Shown: positions 38,248 to 45,672 of the stretch, piece by piece
How the letters are laid out: the number at the start of each line of letters is the position of its first letter
Position numbering within the stretch: the first letter of the stretch is position 1
Virus record (IMG/VR): IMGVR_UViG_3300045988_104412
Reading direction: 5' to 3' (one strand)
Length of the DNA: 64,000 bases
Source of the DNA: a virus
Translations under genes and position numbers: made by a program
Notes under the pieces: model-generated
What the model saw: the letters and a program-made list of their open reading frames with translations, nothing else
Told to the model about the DNA's origin: nothing
Databases searched by the model: none

Positions 38248-39336
38248 ATGTTTAGCACACAAAACACCCGCAGCATCGACCTGCGTCTGCCACGTTCATG
38301 GGACGAGTGTACGACCGAGCAGCTTGAGCTGATTTCTCGCGTAATGCTTGAACAGATAGAGCGAGTTGACCGCTACCACCCGTTTGATATGCGCAATGTC
38401 AAGTTAGCGTGCTTCTTCTTGTTTGCCGGTGTGGAGATAGTGAACACCCCCGACCCATTGCTTCCAATCGAACGCCAATGCTATATGTGTCGAATGGCGT
38501 CCGACCGACCTCGTCGTATGCGACTGACACGCAAGAGTGACAGCGAAAAAGTTTTCCCTATTTACCTCTGGCAGCTCGAATATTGGCTCTCGCCCAAGGC
38601 AAACACAAAAGATCGTCAGTCGGCGGAGCACATCGCCGCCGGAGCGGGCATCCTCGGCTGGATGGACGGTGAAAAAGCCAGCGTACTTACGCGCTTCCCA
38701 TACCCCCGGCTGCGCCTGCGCAATCCGCAACACTGGCTACGCAAGCGCACTGAGTTTGAAGGACCGGCGCAAGACATGGACGGATTTTCATGGCAGCAGT
38801 ATCGTTTTGCCTCCAACTTCATGGACCAATATACTCAGCTCTCCAACAATCTGATAAAGATGAAGCAGATGGGCACGTTCAAGCCGGAACAGATAGCGCA
38901 GCAAGCAGACAGCGTAAACCAGGCACGAGCCATGTTTCTCGCTACTATCTTCAATCGGCGCATCCCTTACATCGACTCTAACACCTCGTTGCGCACCGTC
39001 GATTTTCATTACGACACGCGTCAGTTCAACGACAACGCTGCCTACTTTCGCCGCTTTCCCGACTACTGCTGGCAGCCCATCCTCTTCTGGTGGACCGGTA
39101 TGATGCAAACCCTAAGCTGTCGATTTCCGCATGTGTTCAAGGTTCAGAAGCTCGCCCCCCGCAAAACTCCTTCTACACCATTGGAGGTGTACACCGCAAC
39201 CATCGCCACCATGCAGAAATACGCCTCGCTCACTGAAGACCAGGTAAACAACCAGTCGTACTCGCTTGTGCTGGAGCATCTGGAACGACTCTCGAAGGAG
39301 AATGAGGACATGGAGAAGATTGGAAAGAGTAAGTAA
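38248..39336 (+). CDS. hypothetical protein
   Basis: 362-aa ORF; an internal C6 run stays in frame. Confidence 0.55.
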   Translation: MFSTQNTRSIDLRLPRSWDECTTEQLELISRVMLEQIERVDRYHPFDMRNVKLACFFLFAGVEIVNTPDPLLPIERQCYMCRMASDRPRRMRLTRKSDSEKVFPIYLWQLEYWLSPKANTKDRQSAEHIAAGAGILGWMDGEKASVLTRFPYPRLRLRNPQHWLRKRTEFEGPAQDMDGFSWQQYRFASNFMDQYTQLSNNLIKMKQMGTFKPEQIAQQADSVNQARAMFLATIFNRRIPYIDSNTSLRTVDFHYDTRQFNDNAAYFRRFPDYCWQPILFWWTGMMQTLSCRFPHVFKVQKLAPRKTPSTPLEVYTATIATMQKYASLTEDQVNNQSYSLVLEHLERLSKENEDMEKIGKSK

Positions 39337-39340
39337 TGAT

Positions 39341-39360
39341 GTATTAACGAAAATATAGAG
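39341..39360 (+). promoter_or_regulatory. conserved 20-nt gene-leader motif GTATTAACGAAAATATAGAG (copy 1)
   Basis: Identical 20-mer at 40551..40570 and a one-mismatch copy at 39758..39777. Each ends 1-4 nt before an ATG. Confidence 0.6.
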
Positions 39361-39363
39361 AAT

Positions 39364-39753
39364 ATGGGAAGATATGCTACACGCAAGACATTAAAAGGGT
39401 ATTGCGCCCAGGCTGGCGTTAATCTTTATAAACATAGACTCGACGGAGCCTCCTATCAGTATTGCGCCGGAGGCTATATCGTAAATGGATATTTGGGACG
39501 ATCAATGCTTTTGTCAAGCTTGCAGTATAAAATGCAGCAGACGCTTATATTCCTTCTGAAGTATGGCTCTGCCGATTTATCCTTTTACAGAGACGGCACA
39601 TCTATTGTGTGGCAAAAAGAACCGCACGCCATTTCTCCATTGGCTGAGCCTCTATGTGACCACAACGGCATGAAGGTACGAACTCTTGGAACACCCGAAG
39701 ATGATAATGACTTGCAAGAGTTTTATGATCTGCAAAAATCATTAAACAAGTAA
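39364..39753 (+). CDS. hypothetical protein
   Basis: 129-aa ORF preceded by the conserved leader motif. Confidence 0.5.
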   Translation: MGRYATRKTLKGYCAQAGVNLYKHRLDGASYQYCAGGYIVNGYLGRSMLLSSLQYKMQQTLIFLLKYGSADLSFYRDGTSIVWQKEPHAISPLAEPLCDHNGMKVRTLGTPEDDNDLQEFYDLQKSLNK

Positions 39754-39757
39754 TAAT

Positions 39758-39777
39758 GTCTTAACGAAAATATAGAG
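39758..39777 (+). promoter_or_regulatory. conserved leader motif GTCTTAACGAAAATATAGAG (copy 2)
   Basis: 19/20 identity to copies 1 and 3; ends 1 nt before ATG 39779. Confidence 0.6.
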
Positions 39778-39778
39778 C

Positions 39779-40366
39779 ATGAAGAAGATTATGTTCAATG
39801 ACAAGTACGGTCTCACACAGGCCGTACTCGAAGGCAGAAAAACTCAGACAAGAAGAATAGCCGATACCGCGGGGAGATTGAGGGATATTACAGTTAGGCA
39901 GGCTTTAGAAGAAGTAAACAAAGGCAGAGCATGTCTGTTTGACGAGGGAAGACCTCTCGCTCTATCCGCTTACAAACTCGGCGAAACTATAGCCATTGCG
40001 CAGAAGTACGCAGATCTGGCGTATGACGGTGAATTTTTCCGTCTTTTAGGAAAGGTCATATTCGAGAAAGGATGCTACAACAAGATGTTTGTGAAGGCAG
40101 ACTTTATGCCGCACCGCATCCGCATTACTCACATTCGTGTCGAGCGTCTGCAAGACATCAGCGAGGAAGATTGCATAGCGGAAGGCGTTTGGCGTGACGA
40201 CAACGTAGAACTTGAAGGTACGACGTATTGGTACCACGGTCTTGCCAATTCCTCGTTCCGCACTCCGCAGCAAGCCTACGCCTCCCTTATCGACCGCATC
40301 TCCGGCAAAGGCACTTGGGAGAGTAACCCTTATGTGTTCGTTTATGATTTTGAACTAATAGATTAG
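39779..40366 (+). CDS. ASCH domain protein
   Basis: N-terminal MFNDKYGLTQAVLEGRKTQTRRI is the typical ASCH opening (GxKTxTxR). Ends in TAG. Confidence 0.55.
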   Translation: MKKIMFNDKYGLTQAVLEGRKTQTRRIADTAGRLRDITVRQALEEVNKGRACLFDEGRPLALSAYKLGETIAIAQKYADLAYDGEFFRLLGKVIFEKGCYNKMFVKADFMPHRIRITHIRVERLQDISEEDCIAEGVWRDDNVELEGTTYWYHGLANSSFRTPQQAYASLIDRISGKGTWESNPYVFVYDFELID

Positions 40367-40369
40367 CTT

Positions 40370-40549
40370 ATGTATATCAAGGTAATACATCGCAACCGTC
40401 CCGGCTGCGAAAAAGTAACAAACAATAACGTCACAATAACCGACCCTTCGGATCTTTTTTCGACTATAGAAGATGCGTTGAAATATTGGAAAGAACTTGA
40501 CCGTAATGCCGTAAGGTTGAATTTGGAGGATTTAAGCGGAACAAAGTAA
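40370..40549 (+). CDS. small hypothetical protein (59 aa), in frame with the preceding TAG-terminated gene
   Basis: ATG lies one codon after TAG 40364..40366. Below the ORF-track cutoff; translated by hand as MYIKVIHRNRPGCEKV...EDLSGTK. Confidence 0.35.
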   Translation: MYIKVIHRNRPGCEKVTNNNVTITDPSDLFSTIEDALKYWKELDRNAVRLNLEDLSGTK

Positions 40550-40550
40550 A

Positions 40551-40570
40551 GTATTAACGAAAATATAGAG
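40551..40570 (+). promoter_or_regulatory. conserved leader motif GTATTAACGAAAATATAGAG (copy 3)
   Basis: Identical to copy 1; ends 4 nt before ATG 40575. Confidence 0.6.
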
Positions 40571-40574
40571 GACA

Positions 40575-41012
40575 ATGAAAAAAGAGAAAATAAAGCAGTT
40601 GATGGATGTAATGCAGGCGTATGTAAATGGCAAAACTATCCAATATTACAAAGTTGACCTTAGCTTTAAGATTGAACATCCAGGAGAGCCTAATTTCAAC
40701 GATAAATGGGTAGATGTGGATGAAGAACATCTTTTTAGACCTGATTTGTACGACTACCGCATCAAGCCCGAGCCCAAGTACCGCTCGTTTAAGAAAGCAG
40801 AAGAATGTTGGCAAGAGATGCTGAAACACCAACCGTTCGGTTGGATTAAGAGTAAGACAGATGGCCATTATTCTATGGTCACGGTGGTAGATGCTGCTGA
40901 AGACATGAAGAGTATTGCGATAAGCGGCGATCATATTTTGTCTTTCGCTGAAATAATGAGAGGCTACACCTTCGCCGACGGAACACCTTTCGGTATAAAG
41001 GAGGAACATTAA
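40575..41012 (+). CDS. hypothetical protein
   Basis: 145-aa ORF preceded by the leader motif. Confidence 0.5.
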   Translation: MKKEKIKQLMDVMQAYVNGKTIQYYKVDLSFKIEHPGEPNFNDKWVDVDEEHLFRPDLYDYRIKPEPKYRSFKKAEECWQEMLKHQPFGWIKSKTDGHYSMVTVVDAAEDMKSIAISGDHILSFAEIMRGYTFADGTPFGIKEEH

Positions 41013-41181
41013 AGGTTTTAACGTTTGTAAACGCGGATATGAAAACAGACATCACGCAAGACATCTTCAAATATTTAGAGGTCGTTTGGTCTGAACCGGA
41101 AAAAGAATAGCCTAAAAAGTTGAACCGGAAGTACCGTGTCTGAGCGAATACAATAACAACATAAAAGAATTTATAGAGATT

Positions 41182-41643
41182 ATGAGAACAATCAAGTTTA
41201 AGGCAAAGTGCGTTAAGGACGGTTCATGGACTGTTGGCGATTTGAATCATGTAATGAATTATATGTGCATCAAGCCCTGGTCTGAGACTTTTCACCGTGC
41301 GCTCGTTGATCCGAGGACCGTCTGTCAGTTCACCGGCTTCACGGACAAGAACGGCAAGGAGATTTATGAAGGCGACGTGTTGCAGTCCGACACCTATCCG
41401 TTCAGTTGCACCGAAGACAATGCGTATAACAATTATTACGGCACGATAGGATGGAGCGAGGAAGATGCATCATTCTATATCGTGGCTATCAAGAACCCTA
41501 AGTCTTCCGTCAGAGGCATTTCCGAAGGCATCTGCGATTTCATTTCGCAAAAGACGGTGCAAGACTTCGAGGTTGTTGGTAGCGTTCACGATAAGGAATG
41601 GCAGGAGAAGCTGAACTATAATCCCTACGAAGAGGAGGAATAG
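41182..41643 (+). CDS. YopX family protein
   Basis: IKFKAK at the N-terminus and QFTGFTDKNGKEIYEGDVL, typical of YopX. Confidence 0.75.
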   Translation: MRTIKFKAKCVKDGSWTVGDLNHVMNYMCIKPWSETFHRALVDPRTVCQFTGFTDKNGKEIYEGDVLQSDTYPFSCTEDNAYNNYYGTIGWSEEDASFYIVAIKNPKSSVRGISEGICDFISQKTVQDFEVVGSVHDKEWQEKLNYNPYEEEE

Positions 41644-41646
41644 AGT

Positions 41647-42216
41647 ATGAAGATAAAAAACAAGGAATTGTTAAGAAAATATTCCCTTTACGAGAGTGGC
41701 GTTTGGACGAAACCTCGCAATTTCCCTCTACTGTGGGATGCAGCAAAGCGTCGCATAGGATGGAGGTGTGACGTGCTCCGCTGTTGCGCTAACTACAACA
41801 AAATTGCTTTATTGGATAACAAAGTGCTTCTTGACTTTTGCGACCCGAAGAAGTTTCACTTTCCCCAAAAGCAGCGCATTGACCCTCGTGTTTTTGACCC
41901 GAGATGGGATTTGTCCCATGAATATTATGTCGTAAGGAAGAAAAACAATCGGTATAAGGTTGTTCTGAATAAGTTCAAAAGGCCTTCCGTCGGAAGAACC
42001 TTGGTGGTAGATACAAAGAGAGGTTATATCCGTAGGATTGGCGACAAGGTATGGTATCATCCAGATTATATGGATTTCGGCTGTGAAACCTGTGCTGACT
42101 TCGGAACCTGCCGGTCTGGTCATTACGACAAGAGTTTTTGTGCGGTGGCTGCAAAGTGCGGACTCGGTCACGGTAATACCTGGCAGGAAGTAAGAGAAAA
42201 CAATGACCAACATTAA
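41647..42216 (+). CDS. hypothetical Cys-rich protein
   Basis: 189-aa ORF; C-terminal part contains CETCADFGTCRSGH. Confidence 0.5.
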   Translation: MKIKNKELLRKYSLYESGVWTKPRNFPLLWDAAKRRIGWRCDVLRCCANYNKIALLDNKVLLDFCDPKKFHFPQKQRIDPRVFDPRWDLSHEYYVVRKKNNRYKVVLNKFKRPSVGRTLVVDTKRGYIRRIGDKVWYHPDYMDFGCETCADFGTCRSGHYDKSFCAVAAKCGLGHGNTWQEVRENNDQH

Positions 42217-42337
42217 GATTTCGGTACATCCCGTTAGTCATCGGCTCGAATGGCGAGGATGGGGGGGTAGTTTCTCGCCCGCCCTTCGAGCCACCGACTA
42301 CAAATGCCCACACTGCATAATGATTGAATATGACTGA
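42203..42337 (+). CDS. C5-MTase TRD-like mini-ORF M1 (44 aa)
   Basis: Hand translation MTNIKISVHPVSHRLEWRGWGGSFSPALRATDYKCPHCIMIEYD. SPALRATDYK resembles the TRD core (sPTLtA.dyK). Contains a G7 tract (42261..42267) that is in frame. Its ATG overlaps the upstream gene end. Confidence 0.45.
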   Translation: MTNIKISVHPVSHRLEWRGWGGSFSPALRATDYKCPHCIMIEYD

Positions 42338-42646
42338 CCCTCACTACAAGCGCGGCACTATCCGCAAGGATGGCAAGCTGTATGGCCGCTATCCCGACGG
42401 CTCGCTCTATCGCATCTACTCCACCACCGACCGACCGTTTCTTCAGTTGGTGGACCGAGAGGGCGAGACGTTCCTTCGCATACGCCAAGCCACCGAGCTG
42501 GGCTATACCGACTGTCCCTGCCCAGGAGCTGCCGACCTAAGTTATCCGTCCTCGGCTCTGAGGCGCAGTCGGACGGTTGGGGGGTTAAGTTGGTAAACGC
42601 TCTGACCGCAGTAAGTAGCGGAATCTGCGTGTTTGTTGAATTATAA
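42330..42646 (+). CDS. C5-MTase TRD-like mini-ORF M2 (about 105 aa), out of frame at a G6 tract
   Basis: ...RIRQATELGYTDCPCPGAADLSYPSSALRRSRTVGG, then after G6 (42579..42584) the alternative frame reads VKLVNALTAVSSGICVFVEL. This is the classical pattern atkkGY...sRRgRVg..a.aLTa. G7 would join the frames. Confidence 0.5.
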
Positions 42647-42660
42647 AAAGAATAAGATTT

Positions 42661-43035
42661 ATGAAAAACAAAAACCGACTACCTAACGTGATATTCATGT
42701 CACCGAAGATTTCTGAGTTACTGGGAACATTGATAACAGAAGATGGTGCCTATATTGAATCAGACAGCAAAGGAATAGATATTGGAAATTTGTCTTCATT
42801 TGATGACGATATTGACAAAAAATCCGAATATCGCAACATTTTTCAACTGTGGCATCCTGCCAGAGAACAACCGCATTGCACAGGATCGCTTCTCTGCTGG
42901 CGACTCGGTGGCACATTCTTCGTGCATGAACATTATGATCATAATGAACAGAATTGGCGAATGTTTATCAGCGAATACGAAGTGCGGCGTTATTGTTATA
43001 TTGGCAACTTGGAACCAACCTGTTCTTTTGTTTGA
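42661..43035 (+). CDS. hypothetical protein inserted in the TRD array
   Basis: 124-aa AT-rich ORF. Its 3-prime end overlaps another frame that ends in a TRD-tail-like ...ECLSANTKCGVIVILATWNQPVLLFEEYD (stop 43046..43048). Confidence 0.4.
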   Translation: MKNKNRLPNVIFMSPKISELLGTLITEDGAYIESDSKGIDIGNLSSFDDDIDKKSEYRNIFQLWHPAREQPHCTGSLLCWRLGGTFFVHEHYDHNEQNWRMFISEYEVRRYCYIGNLEPTCSFV

Positions 43036-43040
43036 AGAAT

Positions 43041-43172
43041 ATGACTAATCTTGACTTCTACCAATATCCCCGTGGCTTCAACGACGGAGGCAGATTAAAC
43101 ACAGCTATTTGTCCGACCGTGTCAACTTACTCGTGGCCGCAAAATGTATTTCTGATTGAAGAATATGAATAA
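43041..43172 (+). CDS. C5-MTase TRD-like mini-ORF M3 (43 aa)
   Basis: MTNLDFYQYPRGFNDGGRLNTAICPTVSTYSWPQNVFLIEEYE, with the CPTVST core and LIEEYE tail. Confidence 0.45.
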   Translation: MTNLDFYQYPRGFNDGGRLNTAICPTVSTYSWPQNVFLIEEYE

Positions 43173-43318
43173 CATCACTATAGACTACCGCATCCCGAAA
43201 GTCGGGGGGGGTATTTACGCAAGCAACCGCCGAGTTCAATAAAGGAAGCCTAAGCGGACTAAGCCGCTGTCTGAAGGCTAATGTGAACGATGCAGGAGTA
43301 ATGATTGAATACGAATAA
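43165..43318 (+). CDS. C5-MTase TRD-like mini-ORF M4 (about 50 aa), out of frame at a G8 tract
   Basis: MNNITIDYRIPKVGG, then after G8 (43204..43211) the other frame reads VFTQATAEFNKGSLSGLSRCLKANVNDAGVMIEYE. G7 would join the frames. Confidence 0.5.
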
Positions 43319-43331
43319 AAGTAAGACAACA

Positions 43332-44651
43332 ATGATCACAAAACTCAACTTCACCGACCGCACCATCAAGAGCTATGCCATCCGCAAGCTCACGCCCAAG
43401 GAGTGTTTTCGTCTGATGGGCGTTCGCGACAATGTAATCAGTACGATGCAGAGCAGCAATGCCCAGGCAGCCGAGCGAGTACCCGATTGGAAGGGCAAGG
43501 GCAAACCCGAAGACATGGCTATATCAGCGTCACAGCAGTACAAATTAGCCGGCAACTCAATTGTAGTGGATGTGTTGGCCCATATCTACGAGCAGTTGTT
43601 CTATCCGAAGCCGAATCAGCGCAAATTCAGGCAACTCTCGCTCTTCACCGACATCGGCGACTATCTGCCCGACATGCCGAAGAACTTAGCCAACTCTGGT
43701 AAGGAAAAGATTTTCCTTACCACGTTCTCCGGCTACGACTCGCAGCTCATGGCAGCCGACTTGCTAAAGTCTTGGCGCCCCGATTTTCATTGGACGTGCG
43801 TCGGATGGAGCGACATCGACAAATATGCTTGTCAGATGCACGACCTCGTATTTCCTCAGTTTGCCGACTGCGCCTTGGGCGACATCACCAAGATTGACTG
43901 GCACGAAGTAAAATGCTCACTCGAAAGTCGCGAAGTGGATCTTTTCACCTATTCGTCGCCATGCCAGGACATATCGCAAGCCGGCAAGCAGATGGGACTC
44001 AAAGAAGGCAGCGATACCCGAAGCGCTTTGCTCTGGCATGTAGCCAAAGCCGTGGAGGTGTTGCGTCCCAAATATCTCTTGCAGGAGAACGTAGCGGCGC
44101 TGGTTAGCCAGAAGTTCATGCCCGACTTCCAGAAGTGGCTTGACAAGCTCTCGTCGCTCGGCTACGTTAGCAAGTGGAGTCGGCTGAATGCTAAGAATTA
44201 CGGTGTGCCGCAAAATCGCGATAGAGTGTTTTGTCTTTCAATGCGCAAAGACGTAGCCTTCGACTATCAGTTTCCCGAACCATTTTTGCTGAAAACCCGA
44301 CTGGAGGACGTGCTGGAAGAAGAAGTGTCCGACCGCTATTTCCTCAAGGACGATGCCGTGAGCAAGTTCCTCAAGGCAAATGACTCTGACAACGCCCTAT
44401 TTCTTCAGTTTGACCTGCCACCGACACACGAGGCTGCAATGTTCTTGAAAACGTGGCTTACGTTGTGGATGCAAGCAGCCGATGGTTGGAAAATGACATC
44501 TACAAGTCTCCAGCTCGCCCTTTATTCGGCAAAGCAGAAAATGGAGCAGTCTTATTCCGTGTTCATGGATAAGGGTGTGGCTGCGTTAGGCGATGAGTTT
44601 CAACGGTTGTTCAAGGAGAATATGGAGAGGAAGAAGGATGGAGACAAATAA
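43332..44651 (+). CDS. DNA (cytosine-5)-methyltransferase catalytic core, circularly permuted (motifs IX-X precede I-VIII), no internal TRD recognised
   Basis: In order: IRKLTPKECFRLMG (IX), AGNSIVVDV (X), the linker with QLSLF, TFSGYDS (I), SSPCQDIS (IV), LQENV (VI), PQNRDRVF (VIII), then an atypical helical tail of about 115 aa. Confidence 0.8.
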   Translation: MITKLNFTDRTIKSYAIRKLTPKECFRLMGVRDNVISTMQSSNAQAAERVPDWKGKGKPEDMAISASQQYKLAGNSIVVDVLAHIYEQLFYPKPNQRKFRQLSLFTDIGDYLPDMPKNLANSGKEKIFLTTFSGYDSQLMAADLLKSWRPDFHWTCVGWSDIDKYACQMHDLVFPQFADCALGDITKIDWHEVKCSLESREVDLFTYSSPCQDISQAGKQMGLKEGSDTRSALLWHVAKAVEVLRPKYLLQENVAALVSQKFMPDFQKWLDKLSSLGYVSKWSRLNAKNYGVPQNRDRVFCLSMRKDVAFDYQFPEPFLLKTRLEDVLEEEVSDRYFLKDDAVSKFLKANDSDNALFLQFDLPPTHEAAMFLKTWLTLWMQAADGWKMTSTSLQLALYSAKQKMEQSYSVFMDKGVAALGDEFQRLFKENMERKKDGDK

Positions 44652-44659
44652 CCCACTTC

Positions 44660-44786
44660 ATGCTATACAAAATGGGGGGGTACGATTGCACCTGCTATCA
44701 CCTCCCACTATTTCAAAGCGAGCGTGCGAGACTTTCTTTTTGCACTTGCCATACCTCACTGCTGTTTAATAATAGAGTATGATTGA
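44660..44786 (+). CDS. C5-MTase TRD-like mini-ORF M5 (about 41 aa), out of frame at a G7 tract; its TRD frame continues the core ORF frame after TAA
   Basis: MLYKMGG, then after G7 (44674..44680) the other frame reads TIAPAITSHYFKASVRDFLFALAIPHCCLIIEYD. G6 would join the frames. The same frame is contiguous with the core across TAA 44649..44651. Confidence 0.45.
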
Positions 44787-44916
44787 CAAGATTGGCAATA
44801 TTTATTACGACAAGTGGAAGTCGGGCTTCGATGGTAATATCTGCGGCACGAAAGGTATATGCCCTCCCCTAACCTTGTCAACACAAACGGGGAGGGTAAT
44901 GATTGAATATGCTTAG
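44779..44916 (+). CDS. C5-MTase TRD-like mini-ORF M6 (45 aa)
   Basis: MIDKIGNIYYDKWKSGFDGNICGTKGICPPLTLSTQTGRVMIEYA; its ATG overlaps the M5 stop (ATGATTGA). Confidence 0.5.
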   Translation: MIDKIGNIYYDKWKSGFDGNICGTKGICPPLTLSTQTGRVMIEYA

Positions 44917-45061
44917 GAACCCTCGCCCTATCGTTCTCGGCTCCTACAGCCCCTCGCAGAACGGCATCATAGTGTCGCCTCATGGCATAGCGCTGTGTAT
45001 AACTGGAGGAGGTAAGGGGCACGATGTGGATAAACCCAAAATTCTCATAGAGTATGATTGA
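44909..45061 (+). CDS. C5-MTase TRD-like mini-ORF M7 (50 aa)
   Basis: MLRNPRPIVLGSYSPSQNGIIVSPHGIALCITGGGKGHDVDKPKILIEYD. Confidence 0.5.
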   Translation: MLRNPRPIVLGSYSPSQNGIIVSPHGIALCITGGGKGHDVDKPKILIEYD

Positions 45062-45236
45062 CTGTTCAATTCTCGTCCACTACCGCACCGAGGAAGCAAA
45101 AGCCTTCCGCCGTGAGCATGGTGATCGTGGAGGATGCAAATACGGCGATAAGTATCACCGCCCCAGTCCGTATCCGTGGTGCAATTCGATAACAACAGTA
45201 ACAAAAGACAACCTATTATGCTACGTTTTCGCATAG
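45054..45236 (+). CDS. C5-MTase TRD-like mini-ORF M8 (60 aa)
   Basis: Listed ORF; ...CNSITTVTKDNLL matches the sNTiTTvqKDNl TRD signature. Confidence 0.5.
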   Translation: MIDCSILVHYRTEEAKAFRREHGDRGGCKYGDKYHRPSPYPWCNSITTVTKDNLLCYVFA

Positions 45237-45382
45237 CAGCCTTCCGAGGCCGTGACCCCGATAATCCGTCCGACCGCAAGCATCCCTCCAACGGACGCTT
45301 CTGTCAGAGAATGGAGATAAACGGGGAGGGTACAACAAACACCCTCACCTCAGTAGGCAAAGACAATATGTTATATATATAG
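45218..45382 (+). CDS. C5-MTase TRD-like mini-ORF M9 (54 aa)
   Basis: MLRFRIAAFRGRDPDNPSDRKHPSNGRFCQRMEINGEGTTNTLTSVGKDNMLYI, the classical RiaasRGR..npsdR...QRlE.n..g.sNTLTsV.KDN pattern. Confidence 0.55.
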   Translation: MLRFRIAAFRGRDPDNPSDRKHPSNGRFCQRMEINGEGTTNTLTSVGKDNMLYI

Positions 45383-45383
45383 T

Positions 45384-45533
45384 ATGAATAGAAAAATACC
45401 ATTTGTACAACGTCTTGCGCTGTTTTGCCCACGTCGGGGGTACTCCACCGCACTGTCCGCACGCTACGACGGATGGGCAGGACTCTACGACGAGCACGGA
45501 CAGCACACCATTGTATTGATAGAATATGATTAG
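45384..45533 (+). CDS. C5-MTase TRD-like mini-ORF M10 (49 aa)
   Basis: MNRKIPFVQRLALFCPRRGYSTALSARYDGWAGLYDEHGQHTIVLIEYD. Confidence 0.45.
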   Translation: MNRKIPFVQRLALFCPRRGYSTALSARYDGWAGLYDEHGQHTIVLIEYD

Positions 45534-45672
45534 ATTGCAAATCTTAAAATCTCTTTTCCTCACAATATGCGCCACCATTCTTGCGCATTACCACAAGGAG
45601 GGAGCAGGCAATATCATACAAGGCTCAAGTTCGCTCGTCAAAGCACCAGCAGTATTGATAGAATATGATTGA
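45526..45672 (+). CDS. C5-MTase TRD-like mini-ORF M11 (48 aa)
   Basis: MIRLQILKSLFLTICATILAHYHKEGAGNIIQGSSSLVKAPAVLIEYD (the cPTi.A.yhKgg pattern). Confidence 0.5.
   Translation: MIRLQILKSLFLTICATILAHYHKEGAGNIIQGSSSLVKAPAVLIEYD

Noticed and set aside
42782-43048. ORF 42782..43048 as a 13th intact TRD module
   Set aside because: Only its last 30 aa or so (ECLSANTKCGVIVILATWNQPVLLFEEYD) look TRD-like. The upstream part overlaps the better-composed ORF 42661..43035 in another frame. It may be a remnant module tail, so it is mentioned but not called as a gene.
44769-44790. Reading the junction TGA/TAA/TAG as sense codons, or a programmed +1 frameshift, to fuse all TRD modules into one giant polypeptide
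   Set aside because: Continuing in frame past the TGA gives nonsense that stops within about 20 codons. Successive modules are offset by +1, but the junction (TAT GAT TGA) offers no tRNA re-pairing for a +1 slip. Separate initiation at the embedded ATG is the simpler reading. Fusion is kept only as an alternative to test.
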